The notes: generated by a model not told the origin, from the sequence alone. Positions 10,197 through 23,496 are shown, numbered from the whole stretch's first letter. The stretch is 63,032 nucleotides of DNA, filler included, from Folioceros fuciformis (GCA_049999805.1; 6 parts of 6 records of this genome joined end to end with filler, not necessarily neighbours in it), one strand, 5' to 3'. A program made the numbers and translations.

Positions 10197-13100
10197 ATGG
10201 CAGCGGACGGGGACTGTGACTGGCGCGAGTTGCCGGAGAAGTTGCAACAGCTGCTGGTAGATCTGGAAGGCAATGCCGTGTTCTACCTCCCCGACTTGCA
10301 GGGAGAGGAGTACGGCGACTTCTTCAGAAGTGGAGCTTCAAGCAAGAGGGATGGCAGGCACTGGCGAGTGCGGAAGCGGGTATTGACAGCTATTGGCCAG
10401 TGCTGCAGTCTCGTCAACCTGGAAATCTCTGATTGCTGGGAGATCGGCATCGCTCGGGAGGATGAATGCGCGGTTCTGTCGGAGGGCCTGGCATCTAACC
10501 CTTCCCTGGAAGAACTTGATCTCGATGGGTGCGAAGGTTTTGGAAAGCTGGCGGGTTGCAAGACCTGGGCGAGCTTATTACTTCCAGTCGCAGCCTGCGA
10601 CGGCTGAAGGCACCTTGGATCGAGCTTGATGCCACGGGACTTGGTGCACTGGTCGAAGGCTTCTTCAACAAGGATTGTGTCCTGGAGTATTTGAACCTAA
10701 ATGGGAACAATGTGGGAGATGCTGAAGGTGCACGGCACGTGGCTCGCATGCTGGCTACCGCTCCCCGTCTCAATACCCTGGATCTGCGTATGACCGGTCT
10801 GAATGAGGCAGGAGCCCAGTGCATTGCGAACGCTCTTCCGCTCAGTGCCACGCTCAGGGAGCTTTACTTGGATACGCGATTTTATGGCTGGTATACAGAT
10901 TGGGGTTCCGTACAGGGCAGCCTGGGGCCCTTGAGCACTGTGTTGAAACTTGCTTTCACCCGTGCTGAGGCTGATGGTGATACCGCCATATCTGGGGTCA
11001 CCAAGCTGATGTTGAAGCTCGGGAACAGCTCTGAGCCAGGCCTGGCCGACGCGCTGGCCGGAATGTTGCGCACCAACGATCGTATAACGGAGCTTGAGAT
11101 GGACGCTTCTGCTGTCGACTTCGGCCTGGACGCCTGGCGCCACAACTCTACCCTCTCCAAACTTGAGTTGTTTGGCCGTACCTACGGTGACAAGTCTGCG
11201 AGTGAATTTTCTATGTCGTTTGTGGAATGCAAATCATTACGTGTCTTGACTTTGAGGAAGATATACTGGCCCTGTTTCATGAAAACGTTGTTGCGGTCTT
11301 TGGAGAAAAATACATCCTGGAATGAGCTCAACATTGTGAAATGTGGTAAACTCGATGATGCGGTGTCCAGAGAGTTGATGCAGTTTGTCCGAGCCAGCAC
11401 CACTTTATGGAAGATCAACATGTACGGCACAGTGTGGGATTGGAAAGAGAATGTGGCCATCATCCGCGCAACGGTGGCACGAAATGCTAGTCAGAGCCAC
11501 CAGTGGGAGAGCATTGCGGAGGAGGAGAAGGAGGAGAATGACTGGAGCGCGATGCCGGCTAAGCTGCGACAGCTGGTGATACATCTGGAACGGAATGCCT
11601 TGTCCAAACTCCCCTGGTTGGGCGCTGAGGGATACGGTGATTACTTCATTAATCGAGAGATGTGTTGGATGGATGGTCACTACTTCGGAGAGCTTGGTCG
11701 TCGTAGGAGGCACTGGCGAGTACGCGAGCGGGTATTGACAGCTATTGCTCAGTGTCGAGGTCTCGGCGGCGACTTCACGATCTCTCCGGACTGGGAAATC
11801 GGCATCGTTCAGGAGGATGAATGCGCGGTCCTGCTTGGGGCCTTGGCCTCTAACCCTTCCTCGGAAGCTCTTGATCTGGCTGGGTTCAAATGCTTTGGAA
11901 AGCTGCTGGGTTGCGAGGCCTTGGGCCAGCTTATTGCTTCCAGTCGCAGCTTGCGACAGCTGGATGTAGGCTCGATTGGGTTTGATGCTGCGGGACTTGG
12001 TGCCCTTGTCGACGGCTTTAACAAGGACATCGTCCTGGAAAATTTGGACCTAAGTTCGAACAGAGTGGGAGATGCTGAAGGGGCTCGGCACCTGGCTCGC
12101 ATGCTGGCCACCGCTCCCCGTCTCAATACCCTGGATCTGCGTCGGATCGGCATGGATGAGGCGGGTGCCCAGTGTACATCCAACGCTCTTCCGCTCTGTG
12201 CCACGCTCAGGGAGCTTTTCTTGGATAATGGAAATCCGGATGACGGGCCTGGAAGCTCGGGCACCCTGGGGCCCCTGTGCTCTGTGTTGAAACTTGCTTT
12301 CACACGTGCTAATGCTGATGCCGCCATATCTGGGGTCACCAAGCTGATGTTGGATATCCGGAACTTCCCTCCGTATGAGGCACCGGGCTTCTGGAGGCTC
12401 ACCATCCGCCCTCGGCCAAGCCTGGTCGACGCGCTAGTCGGAATCTTGCGCACCAACGATCGTATCACGGAGCTTGGGATCAGCTATTATGTACCCTTGC
12501 CTGGCTTCTTCAGGTCGTTTGAGGACGGGCTTTACTGTCCGACAAGTTCTCTGGAGTGTAAATCATTGCGCATCATGACTTTGAAGGGGCTTCATTGGCC
12601 CCGTTTCTTGGAACTGTTGTTGCAGTCTTTGGAGAGCAACACATCTTTGAATGAGCTCAACATTCTGGACTGTCGTCATCTCGACGATAAGCTCTTCAGA
12701 AAGTTGATGCAGTCCCTCCAAGTCAACACCACCTTGCGGAAGATCGACATACACGGCACAAACTGGGCTGAGGAGGGAAAGCAGGCCATCATCAACGCGA
12801 CGTTGGCACGCAATGTTATTCACAGGGCCTACTAGCCTTTGCTTTCGGAGGGACAAGAGGCTGTGAAGCCCAGGGACGGGCGCCTTTTCCTGTGCGGTGC
12901 ACCTTTCGCAGGCAAGACTACTCTCCGCACCACCATGATTAAAGCATGGCGCGCATCTCAAACACACACAAGTACAGGAGCCGCATCACCCGACCAGACG
13001 AGTACTGTCAACAGAACAGAAGGAATAGAAATCGAGGTGCTGCGCGACGACGATGAGATGGAAGTTACCATCTGGGATCTGGCTGGACAGGCTCACTACC

Positions 13101-14645
13101 GAGCTCTGCAAGACTACTTGTTCCCCAGCTTCAACCAGGCATGTGTTTTCTTGTTCACTTTCAACCCATTTGATACCGATAAGCCTGGTGGTCCCGTCCC
13201 CTCTGGAGAAAAAATTCAGAACAAGTTCACCAAGAGCTTCACCTTTTGGCTCAGATTCATCCACTCTAACTCTCGCAACGTGGGTTCCTTTTTGCCTCGG
13301 TTATGTGTGGTTGTCACACATGAGGATGAAATGAAGGATCTGGAGGCTGAATTACTACTCGATCTGCTGCAACCAGTCGTGGACAAGTTGGCCAAGCATT
13401 TTGCGGAGGTACATCTTATCACGACAACGCCCTTCTTGATGGATGCTCGATGCGGAGAAACTGTTCAGCCCTTGCTGGAGAAGCTATTCCAATCTTTTGA
13501 AGAGCTATTTGCGCTTCCTCTGTTTCGGGTCCCGGAGGCGTGCAACCGATTCAGTGCTGTTTTGACTCAGTGGGCATCTCAAAATCCAGCTCACCCTATT
13601 GTGACGAAGGAGTTCTGCAAAACGTTGTTTGAAGAAAAAGATGAGCAACGCCTTGAAGCAATTCTTACCTATGTGCACAATGCAGGCAGGGTCATCTGGT
13701 TCCAAGATGCAGATGCTGTGGTGGTCAATCCACACTGGATCAGTCATTGGTTTCTGGGACGTTTGATTGATCTCCTACCTGGACCGTCTTCTTTGGGAAG
13801 ATTGCCAGATTGTGGATTTGTTGCTAAAAGGTTCCTGTATAGCACCTTGGCCCAGATCCTCGAGAACCCGAAGGCGGCCGACGAGATTGGTGATGACACG
13901 CCGGCGGCCGACAGGATTGGTGTGGAAGATCTGGTGTCATTGATGATAAAACTAAACTTGTGCTATCCAGATGATACGAATCGGGGTCCTGGATTCTTCG
14001 TTCCCTTCATCTTAGATGACAGTGACGGTAAAGCTCTTCGAGGGGAACGACAGTTGCACTGGGAGGGGGGTACGCCGGGCAAGTACAACTACGTAGGGAG
14101 GCGGCTTCAATGCCGAGATGAAACTAAGACGTTACTCGGTCCAGGCTTCTTTCCAAGATTCCAAGTACTTTACATTGTGATCTGTCTTTCTAGATTTGTT
14201 GTTAGTGATTCATGCTCTCTTGGGTTTCCTGACATCATCGCCAACGGTTGTGCATTGTAGGTCAAGTTACGACAGATCTTGCTCGACGGGCTCCCCGGTA
14301 TGGAATCGTTTCAATATGGGATTGCATGGAACTTGATAAGATTTAAGTATGGTGGTATGGATGTTTTCTTGGAGAGTAGCGGGGATATTGGGGAGGAGAC
14401 CGGGGACATTGTCGATCGTGTTGACATTTTGATGAGGTCACTCAAGAGCAAGGACGAAACGATCCACTTTCTCCAGAAGCTTCTTGTTGCAGAGCTGAGA
14501 GCATTTTGTGCTTCTCCTGAAGGTAGTCCTGGAATTCAGCTTGTAGAAGGGATCATCAGGACGGAGTGTGTGGAGAAGCTCACACCTTGTATTCACCGAC
14601 ACAATCAATCAGTTCTCACACACAGGTTGATGGATTGCTTCTCCC
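10197..14645 (+). pseudogene. TORNADO1-like LRR-ROC-COR (ROCO) gene with a duplicated LRR module; frameshift ~10560, in-frame TAG 12833-12835, intron 14165-14260; 3'-truncated by the linker
   Basis: RI-type LRRs (LEYLNLNGNNVGDAEGARHVARML), ROC P-loop RLFLCGAPFAGKTTL, G2 RTEGIEI, G3 IWDLAGQ and G4 VVTHED. COR motifs VGRRLQC..LGPGFFPRFQ|V and LRAFCASPEGSPGIQLVEGIIRTECV resemble plant TRN1. Confidence 0.85.
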
Positions 14646-14745
14646 NNNNNNNNNNNNNNNNNNNNNNNNNNNNNNNNNNNNNNNNNNNNTTAATTAATTA
14701 ANNNNNNNNNNNNNNNNNNNNNNNNNNNNNNNNNNNNNNNNNNNN
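14646..14745. other. Artificial scaffold-joining linker (N44-TTAATTAATTAA-N44); also at 28804-28903, 43061-43160, 52100-52199 and 59323-59422
   Basis: An identical 100-nt structure with stop codons in all six frames occurs five times. Confidence 0.97.
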
Positions 14746-14994
14746 CCTACTCCCAACAAGGGACCCGCGACAGGGCCTGTCAGCGTTGCTAACGGCGTGG
14801 TGTTCGGAACCGAATTCGACTCCGTCGGCCGCGTCTTCGCCCTGGACGGCAAGACAGGCGAGGTGCTGTGGCATTACGACTCCATGAAGGGATCCTGCCA
14901 AGGCGGGATTGCGATTTCCCAGGGTTGCGCTTACGTCGGATCGGGCTACCTCAGCAGCCCGGGAACATCCCTGTATGCCTTCTGCGTGGAGTGA
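14746..14994 (+). CDS. Last exon of a PQQ beta-propeller (PVA-dehydrogenase-like) paralog, 5'-truncated
   Basis: GPVSVANGVVFGTEFDSVGRVFALDGKTGEVLWHYDSMKGSCQGGIAISQGCAYVGSGY...LYAFCVE* is highly similar to 25672-25940. Confidence 0.85.
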   Translation, partial: PTPNKGPATGPVSVANGVVFGTEFDSVGRVFALDGKTGEVLWHYDSMKGSCQGGIAISQGCAYVGSGYLSSPGTSLYAFCVE

Positions 14995-15759
14995 ACGTGG
15001 TTTCCTCTCCACTCACTCGCCAAGGACCCATCTCGCAAACCCTAGTTGGGCGCAAGTATCAACACTTCCATGATTGCACGGAAAATGTAGTATGCATTGC
15101 GATTGGAGTTGAATTCTAATTTCCACTGGCACATCAAATCAAACTGAAACTGTAAGTGTGAAAACCATCTACCGGTTTCTTTTCGGGGCACAACGGAGTT
15201 GGCGCCCTTAAGACCCCTGAAACTGGGGGGAACTACCCAAACCTCGCCTGTCGAAATTACTAACTGCGCTGATATATCACGCCTGTTGAAATTATTGATT
15301 ATCTGCAGCTCCGTCTAATCGTTATTGATTAGTAATCGTCCCCTATAAAGAAACATTGTTATCTTCATCTGTCAAAACTACTTATGGTCCCAGGTATGTA
15401 AAAATTACCAACCACCTAGATATATGTCAAGATCATCAATTATTCATAAAATTTATCAATTATCAGTAAAATGTGATGCTCAAGTATGTCCGAAGACCTT
15501 CGTGGTCATGGATGTGAAAAAGCCTCCCACCACCAATACATTGTGGTCAAGGATATCAAAGGTGTTACTCTTGAGACTTTGTGGGCAGGACGTGTAAGGT
15601 CCTCCCACCACCAAAACTGTGTGGTCAAGGATGTGAAGGGGCCTATCCACCACTAAAGCCAAAGCCACTTGCAAGACATCGCCCTTTATTGAGTAGTGTC
15701 ATCCCCTTTTGTAAAGTGATGGGCTGCCAAGGCTTCTCAGGTTAGCCATAGATAGACCC

Positions 15760-16290
15760 TAAACCTCTCAAAAGAGCAATGAATAGCCCACGCCTTGTAG
15801 GAGAGCAATGGACAGTCAATAGCCTTTGTACAACAATGGATGGCCAAAGCGCTTAGTAGAGTAACGCATAGCCAATGACCTTTGGACACTTATGGATAGC
15901 CAAAGCCCATAGTAGAGTAATAAATGGCCAATGCCTTCTAGACAACACTGCATAGCCAAAACCCTTAGTAGAGTAATGGACAACCAACACCCTCTATTGA
16001 TAGCTATGGACAGCCAATACCCTTTGTACAATAATGGATAGCCAAAACCCTTAGTAGAATAATGAATAGGCAACACCCTTGTATAGCAATCGAAGCCAAT
16101 GCTCTTTAATAGAGAGATAGATAGCCAACATCCTTTGTAGAGCAGTGGATAGCCAATCCCCTTTATAGAATGATAGCCAATGCTCTTAATACGATGACGA
16201 ATAACCAATACCCTATGTTAAAGATGGATACCCAATGCACTCTCTAGAGAGATAGATAGCCAACACCTTCTGTAGAGGGATGAATAATCT
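15760..16290. repeat. Degenerate ~30-bp tandem repeat
   Basis: More than a dozen copies of an atggatagccaa..ccctt.gtagag-type unit. Confidence 0.8.
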
Positions 16291-18049
16291 AGGGCATGCC
16301 AAAAGGGACACGTTGCCTCTCTCAAGGTTTTGTTTAAACACAAGCTAAACATGTCTGCTTTGGTGACAAGATGAATTATACCCTTCTAGCCAAAGGAGAC
16401 ATGTGTAGCTGTTGTTGTGAAGAAAAATATTTTGCATATCGCATGGTGAAAGAATAATGGATGAAGCAGACAATCATGAAGAGGAAAAACGGCACCCAGA
16501 CTCTCCCCGCTCTGGGTTTGGCTTCCACTCTCCCAAACTATGCACCCCAAAGACAACCAGACAAGCATAGGCATGGATAGGGTACCATACCCCTAATTGG
16601 GCTTTACCTCGCTCTGCCGCTACTACTATCGCTATATGAGTAAGTTAGGGTGGGATCTTAGGGTATTCTACCCTACGTCCATCGCATGGCCTTCAGCTTG
16701 TTTTGGGCTACTTGCCGGGCAAAAATAATCACCATTTAAGCAGGTAGCAACATGCCTGCTTACTGCTGAAACCCACACTACCCACCACGCTCTCATCAAA
16801 GATGGTGAAATCATCCACCCATCTATCTACATTCTAAAACAAGCTGAATGCCAAGCGCATGATTTTACCATCTTACATGTGCCATGCCAAGCTACTACTC
16901 CCCACCACTAAATTAAAGCATGTCTAGCTGTGATGCAAGGGCCTACGTGACCACCTCAAATTTGGAACGGGCTAGTCTAGGCTAGACAGCCAATCTAAGC
17001 ATCAGCCCTGTAAAGTCGAAACTAGCATCGTGGGCATCGCCTTCAAGCCATTGCATGTGTCTTGGTCTGACCTCGCTCACCCAACTTGGCCTTGCGGTTA
17101 GGCAAGGCCTTTTCCTCTTGAAGTATGCTCCAACATTTGCTGGCGAGATGGTAGATGGGAGGGATCTCGATCAAAGGAAAGAAGGCCACGACTTTCCCCA
17201 AGGTTTGGGCTCCACAACTTCCTCCAAGTACTTGCCTCTAGGATTGGGGACACATTCCTCGCGTCATGCATCACATGTGATTCTCGAGGGGACGTTTAGG
17301 TTCACAAAACACAAGTAGATGCATCGCAATTTGTCCAAAGCTTATTCCACTTCTTTCATTCCAAACAACATGTAGAGGGGTGCTCATCGCGAGCACTAGT
17401 TGTTATCCATAGCACCGTCAAGCCCTCATCCAACCACAAAATATTCAAACTCATTCAAACACACATGCCTCTCTGCACAATCTGCTTACGGCATTCCTAC
17501 ACACGATTAGGGGAGCATCCCAAGTCTTCCACATCCACCTCTCCCAATTGTTACTTCTCTCGCGTAGTAGGTTTATTGCATGCCATGTCCATACTGTGCA
17601 CTCCTCCTCGATCCATGTCCACAACATGTTCTCAAGGCGCAAACCCTTGTGCCTACAGTACAAGCACACTATGAACAAGGTCTAATGCAATCAGTAGGCA
17701 TACGGCAAGTAGTCCACACACTCCAAGCCTACATGATAAGCCATGTCCTTTGCGTTCTCCAGCTCATGCAAACACACACTAATTGTGTTTGCAAGCTCAT
17801 TTACTTCTATCTCATATGCACCACCCACCCACTCTGCGATTTTCTCACCTTAGTCAACAATGTGATGCTACGCAACTAAACAACAAACATGGTGATTCAC
17901 TACAACCTTGAAAAAACTTGTCGCTAACACACTTGGCACACCTATCTAGTGTGGCTTGGTGTGGTGTAGTAGAAATTTCTACTCTACAATCCCTTTGGTG
18001 CTAACATGGATGGTATTGAACATGTATAGTAGAAGATGTTAGAGTATAA

Positions 18050-18333
18050 TGGGTTTAGTATAGATGGTACATGGAGCTATGGGCAAGGACTTTTCAAGGT
18101 TTATCAAGGAGTGCGCCAAGGTTTATCAGAGCAATAGGAATGGTGTTCTCCCTCTTTCCTATGTGGTGGCCTTCTTTCGACAACGTGTATCCATTGTTTT
18201 GCAACAAGCATTGGCCAATGTACCTTTTAGAACAGCTACAAGCGCAAGTCAAGCGGCTTCTTCGGCACCGGTGGTAGGTAGGCCTTTTGTTATTCCACAA
18301 TATGACATTTTGGGAGCAGTAGGTAGTTTTTGA
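18050..18333 (+). mobile_element. Possible 3' remnant of an RLE-endonuclease non-LTR retrotransposon (CRE/R2-like C-terminus)
   Basis: HGAMGKDFSRFIKECA...FFRQRVSIVLQQA resembles the G..G..A..F...L...QRLS..LQ terminal motif. Confidence 0.4.
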
Positions 18334-18538
18334 AAATGATATTTGCAGGGGCGAGTACCTCTTTTTGCCTTTGGCCCTAATGGGATTGTTCCTCCAATCT
18401 TTAGAGTAGATGGAACTTTCCATCTCTTTTTCAATCATAGAAAATACCAGATTTAAGAGTATAGTCCAATATAATGTACCCCAAAGCCTCACACCTAGCC
18501 TTACACTGCACAAGATCTCTATTTCATAGATTCTCACT

Positions 18539-18678
18539 AGTTGAGGTTTGTGACATAATCATAATAAGAATTCGTTGAGGTTTGTTACATAATCATAATA
18601 GAGAATTCGTTGAGGTTTGTTACATAATCATAATAGAGAATTCGTTGAGGTTTGTGACATAATCATAATAGAGAATTC
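18539..18678. repeat. 35-bp tandem repeat, 4 copies
   Basis: gaattcgttgaggtttgttacataatcataataga; GAATTC at 18568, 18603, 18638 and 18673. Confidence 0.95.
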
Positions 18679-20682
18679 AATTAGAGACTTCACTTAAGTT
18701 CAATGGACAAAATATAAAAGCATATGATCCTCTAAGACATGAAAAAGTTAAGAGAATCACAAACTTTTCCAAAACCCTTATTTTTTGGGGCTTGTTCCTT
18801 CTTTAGTACCTTTGGAACAAAACTTTTTAAGAACTATTGTTTTTTAGGGCTATTCCCCTTTATTACCTTGGGCACTCTTCTAGTTATCCCTCCTCATTTT
18901 TGAAGTAAATGAGATACATAATCTCTTTTCAATTAAAAAACATAAATATGTTTCATAACAAGTATTGGACAAAGTGTCTTGGACATCCAAAGTACATCCA
19001 CTTGGACCACATAATGTATCTGGACCATCTGGTGGTTGGTGTTGCAAATAAAGTGAGATGGTGGGTGGTTTTCGTTGTTCATGTGCAAAACAACAAGACA
19101 ATTTGGGCATAAAACAACTTGGCTTATTTTATGGTGTAATTTTAACCCCATCCCAAGCTTAGTGTCGGTCCCCATTAGTGTCAAAAAAACCTAGGACTAG
19201 AGGTTCTTTAGGAGTCCCGTACTCAACCTTGGTTCTCTTTCCGTACTGGGTCCTCTTTTTTTTCCGGNNNNNNNNNNNNNNNNNNNNNNNNNNNNNNNNN
19301 NNNNNNNNNNNNNNNNNNNNNNNNNNNNNNNNNNNNNNNNNNNNNNNNNNNNNNNNNNNNNNNNNNNTCCTTACAAGAATATTGTTTAGGTGCGCATGTA
19401 TCATGTTCCATAGCAATATATGCAAAATTTTGGGTGTACAAAAGCAAGTGTACATGATTGAATGTAGTAATCTGGGGATATCAAACTTTCAAGGCATGCC
19501 CCTTTTCTTGTTTATATCTTTGTTTATCTTTTACCATATTTTGCGTTCGTGGACTATTCGTAATAACTAAAGATTAAAAAGATCTCTCGTCTGGTCACTA
19601 AAGAGAGGGACAACATCCTCCACTTCTCGCCGGAAAAGATGTTTTCCCCACTACTCCAGCAGCTACCGGAAGGAAGCACAACTCGGCTAGAAGCATGCAA
19701 GCTTCAAATTCTAAAGCTAGCGAAGTGTCTATTAACCATCTTGCCTTGAATGTGATACACGGTGGTAGTACTAGGGTAGCCAACACTACAACATTCCAAA
19801 TGCCTACAATTCTGTCAAGAGATCGAGGTTGAAGAACTTGAAATACACTTTGGCAAAAAGATATGACACTGATAAAGACTGGTTTCTGATTGTCGAAGAT
19901 AAGCCTGATGACTTCAACTTGCCGTGGGTTGCTCTCGTTGCTCTGTGGCTGAATGGTTTTCAAGGCTTAGAGGACGATAAAGTAGGTAGAGCACGGTGGA
20001 TTCTTTGTGCATCTGTGGATAGTGTGGATGTCGAAATCTATGTGAATTTCATCTTAACCCAACACGCACCTAGCCACATAACGAATGAGTACAACAACCA
20101 TAGTCTGGTTGTGGTGAATGTGATGAAGGCCATTCCTCGACGGTGCAAACTGATATGGTTGAAAAACGCACTAGAAGAATGCCTCAATTTGAAGGATGTA
20201 AGTGTTGTTTTCTACGAAAAAAGAATTAATTTCCATGTGTAAATTGTTGTTAGCCCTAACCTAGATGTTATTTTTCCTGCTACCCAAGGAGGGAAGTAAT
20301 TCTCTAGGATTGTATTGCGTTATGTGGGCATCGCAATGCTGAAGAATCAAGTTCTTGTGGCTAGGCTTGTGGGGAACTACCATCGGCATTCTCTGCAAGC
20401 ACAGTTCCTGCCTTCTGGCTCGTGGCAAGTAGGGTTATTGAACGAGAGGCAGAAAATGCCCCATAGGCCCACACACCCTAGTCCCGACTAAGGTGATGGC
20501 ACCGGTCGACCGATGCACTTCAAATGGCCAGGGTTGGAGTGCGCCGTTCTACATGCGCACTCGGCCAAAGGCGAACTGGAGTNNNNNNNNNNNNNNNNNN
20601 NNNNNNNNNNNNNNNNNNNNNNNNNNNNNNNNNNNNNNNNNNNNNNNNNNNNNNNNNNNNNNNNNNNNNNNNNNNNNNNNNN

Positions 20683-20871
20683 ACACCAACCTTGCCTGAG
20701 CAACTGAAACCTGATAAAATCTGATTATTCGTAGTTTAGGCTACACCAACCTTGCCTGAGCAACTGAAACCTGATAAAATCTGATTATTCGTAGTTTAGG
20801 CTACACCAACCTTGCCTGAGCAACTGAAACCTGATAAAATCTGATTATTCGTAGTTTAGGCTACACCAACC
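20683..20871. repeat. Perfect 60-bp tandem repeat (at least 3 copies, abutting a gap)
   Basis: acaccaaccttgcctgagcaactgaaacctgataaaatctgattattcgtagtttaggct x3. Confidence 0.95.
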
Positions 20872-23496
20872 AACGGCGACTGCAGGTCATTACAACCTTT
20901 TATACCAGTTGAAGGACCAAGCAATGCAGTTAGGTTGAGACCTTTCTTTTCCCCTCCCAAGGGGAAAAGAAAGAAAATCACTTGGAATGTGGGAGGTGGC
21001 AAAGAGAATGCACAGAGGCCAATGGTAGATAATTACATGCCTTGTTTTCCAAGAGAATGGCAGGGTTGTACACCTTGGCCTTTGTGGATTTAGTTTCCAT
21101 TCACTATAGTGTCTTGTTGCCTCCATGACCTTCTTACTTGCAGCCTTCACATCCATGGAGCTCAGGCTCCTGCACTGCAGCCTTCCAATCCATGGGCCTT
21201 AGATTTGTGCAGCTTATAAATCCATAGGGCTCAAACTCCTGCAATTTCAAATCTATGGGGCTCCTGAGTGCAATGGCAAATCCATGACAAACCTTCTTTG
21301 CTCACGAAGAGAGACACACACTTCCATGTCTCTGCCCGTGGAAGACGAGAAGCAAGACTTGGTTCTGCCCGTGGAAGAAGAATTGGGACTGGGTTCCAGG
21401 CAGGCGCAAGTCAATGTAATAGTGTGCGCTATACAACAAGGACAGTAGTTCGCTGGTGATCTGCATTGCCAGCCCGTTTTTCGCGGCCATAACCCAAGGC
21501 TTGCCGTGCCGCTTTATTTCACCGGTTGCCAGTGCCCTGCAAAACGATACGTAGATGCTGACCGTATCCCTATGCACAAGCATGACACGAGTAGATCGGT
21601 GGGGCCCAGGCCTGGCCACGTGATTTTTACGGCTGGCCGCAAAGTTGAATAGAATATTCTTCACGCTACTGGCTTCAATTGGGCCGGATGAGACGTCCAC
21701 GCTCGGTTCAATCCATTTTAGTAAGAAGTCGCAGGTGCCGAGCCTTGCTGCCGGTCTTGGAGAGGCAAGGGAGGTGACAAAGCCCAGCCTGCCCTACTCC
21801 CGCCTGAGTAGGGATCCGACTCACCGACTGTCAGACAGATTCCTACAGCGGAGCTATGAATTGAAGCCCATTGGACAATGTATAGTTACTTTGCAGATGA
21901 CACGATATTTCAATGGCAGCCCATCTGTACGGCTCGACCAATACGAGGGGGAAAGGTGTACAGTGGGTTTGTCTTGTCTGGGTTGCGACGACCTTTGCGT
22001 CATCGATTGTACGCTGCGTCTTATCTCCCAAGCGATAAAATGCTTCACTCGTGTGAAATTGGACGTGGCATGTCATGCCCCGTCCATCCGTCAAAGACCT
22101 TCATACGCTGAAGACTAGCCAGCACACATACGGTTTTGCCGCGACGCATTGTGCCATAACCCTAAGCGCGGGAGGCCTCCCTCTTTCCCCTATCTCTCTT
22201 CCTCTCCTCCCGTCCTCGTCTGTACGTCTACCCGATCAAGAAGCACGGGAGAACGCTGAGATTTCGATTTCCTCACTCCGCGCTGCTGTGCTTTTTGATG
22301 GGAGAGGTTTACTCATATGCATTTGTTTGCGTTTTCATTTCCATTGAAGCTAGAATTCTACACGTTCAGATCAGGTTGCAAACTCCTCTACAGATGCCAA
22401 GGGTAACCCACATTTCCTATCATGTACATACATCGTCTCAGATCAGGCAATGGTGCGCGGGCTCGTAGTTAGTCCTGCCAGCCTCGTTCAAACGATCGAG
22501 CTTTCTCAATTGAAACGGAAGCCCACTACTCCTTGCAGACCGTGCTTCACCCAAGTTCTGCCTGCAAAAGCAAGCGTGCTGCGTTCCATGCACTGTTTGG
22601 GCAATTCTTCATCGACAATCTAAACTGGCAGCACATTTCAGGCCTTCTCCTGAAACAAATTTGCAGTCTTTTCATGCAACATAGGCGATCTTAAAATCCT
22701 CCTCTCCTGTCTATTCATTCAACATAGGCGATCTCAAAATCCTTCCTCTCCAGCCCGACCCCCTTCCCGTCCTTCCTTCCTCTTCCCGGCCTGATCTCGG
22801 CCTCCCTCAAAAGCCTGAAACCCTTTCTCCGCCAATTCCTTCCCCTGCCCAAAACCGGCACTGCCGACCCTTCACGCCTGATCCGAACACACCCCGGTAT
22901 CCTCTCCTTCTCCCCCTTAGATCCCACCTGCCTAGATTGAGACGTAGGCACGGCAGGAGAGACGAGGCGGGGAGTGAAGGTGGACAGACCCTTGAAGGGC
23001 GAGTGAATGTGGGCGTGCTCAAGAGGAATTTGTGGAGGGACGACGGGACGAGGGCGGGATCGAATATGCTTCGTTCAGCCCGCTCGGTCCTATTGCCAGG
23101 GGCGCTTACGCGCATGACGCAATGCGTCGCGGGAAAACCGTATGTGAGCTGGCTAGCCTTAGGTGTATGGAGGTCTTTGGATGGACGGGGCGTGACATGC
23201 CTGCCACGTACGATTTTACACGAGTGAAGTATTCAGCGCTTCGGAGATTGAGACACAGGCTCGATGCTATCTTCTGTGGTCTCAGCTGCGAGTAGTGCGG
23301 CGTGTCAGTGTGCTACACTCTGGGTCCACCTTTTGCGGGGGCACTGAAAACCACAAGGAAGCTGCGGGGCACACTGTTGGCCACCTTTGGTGTCCGCAAT
23401 CTCGCACTACAGAAAGAAACGATTAATGAATACAGTATCGTTCTGCACAGGGGAAGCAGGGGCAGTTGGTGTAGACCGCTCGGGAAGTCACGGAAG

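Noticed and set aside
14279-14994. Apparent ROCO-PQQ propeller fusion
   Set aside because: The two parts are separated by an artificial linker and belong to different scaffolds.
20683-20871. CRISPR-like regular repeats (also 18539-18678 and 9500-10110)
   Set aside because: Head-to-tail repeats with no unique spacers and no cas genes, in a eukaryotic context.
19598-23300. Assorted 100-157 aa ORFs between the PQQ paralogs
   Set aside because: No recognisable domains or consistent splice structure.
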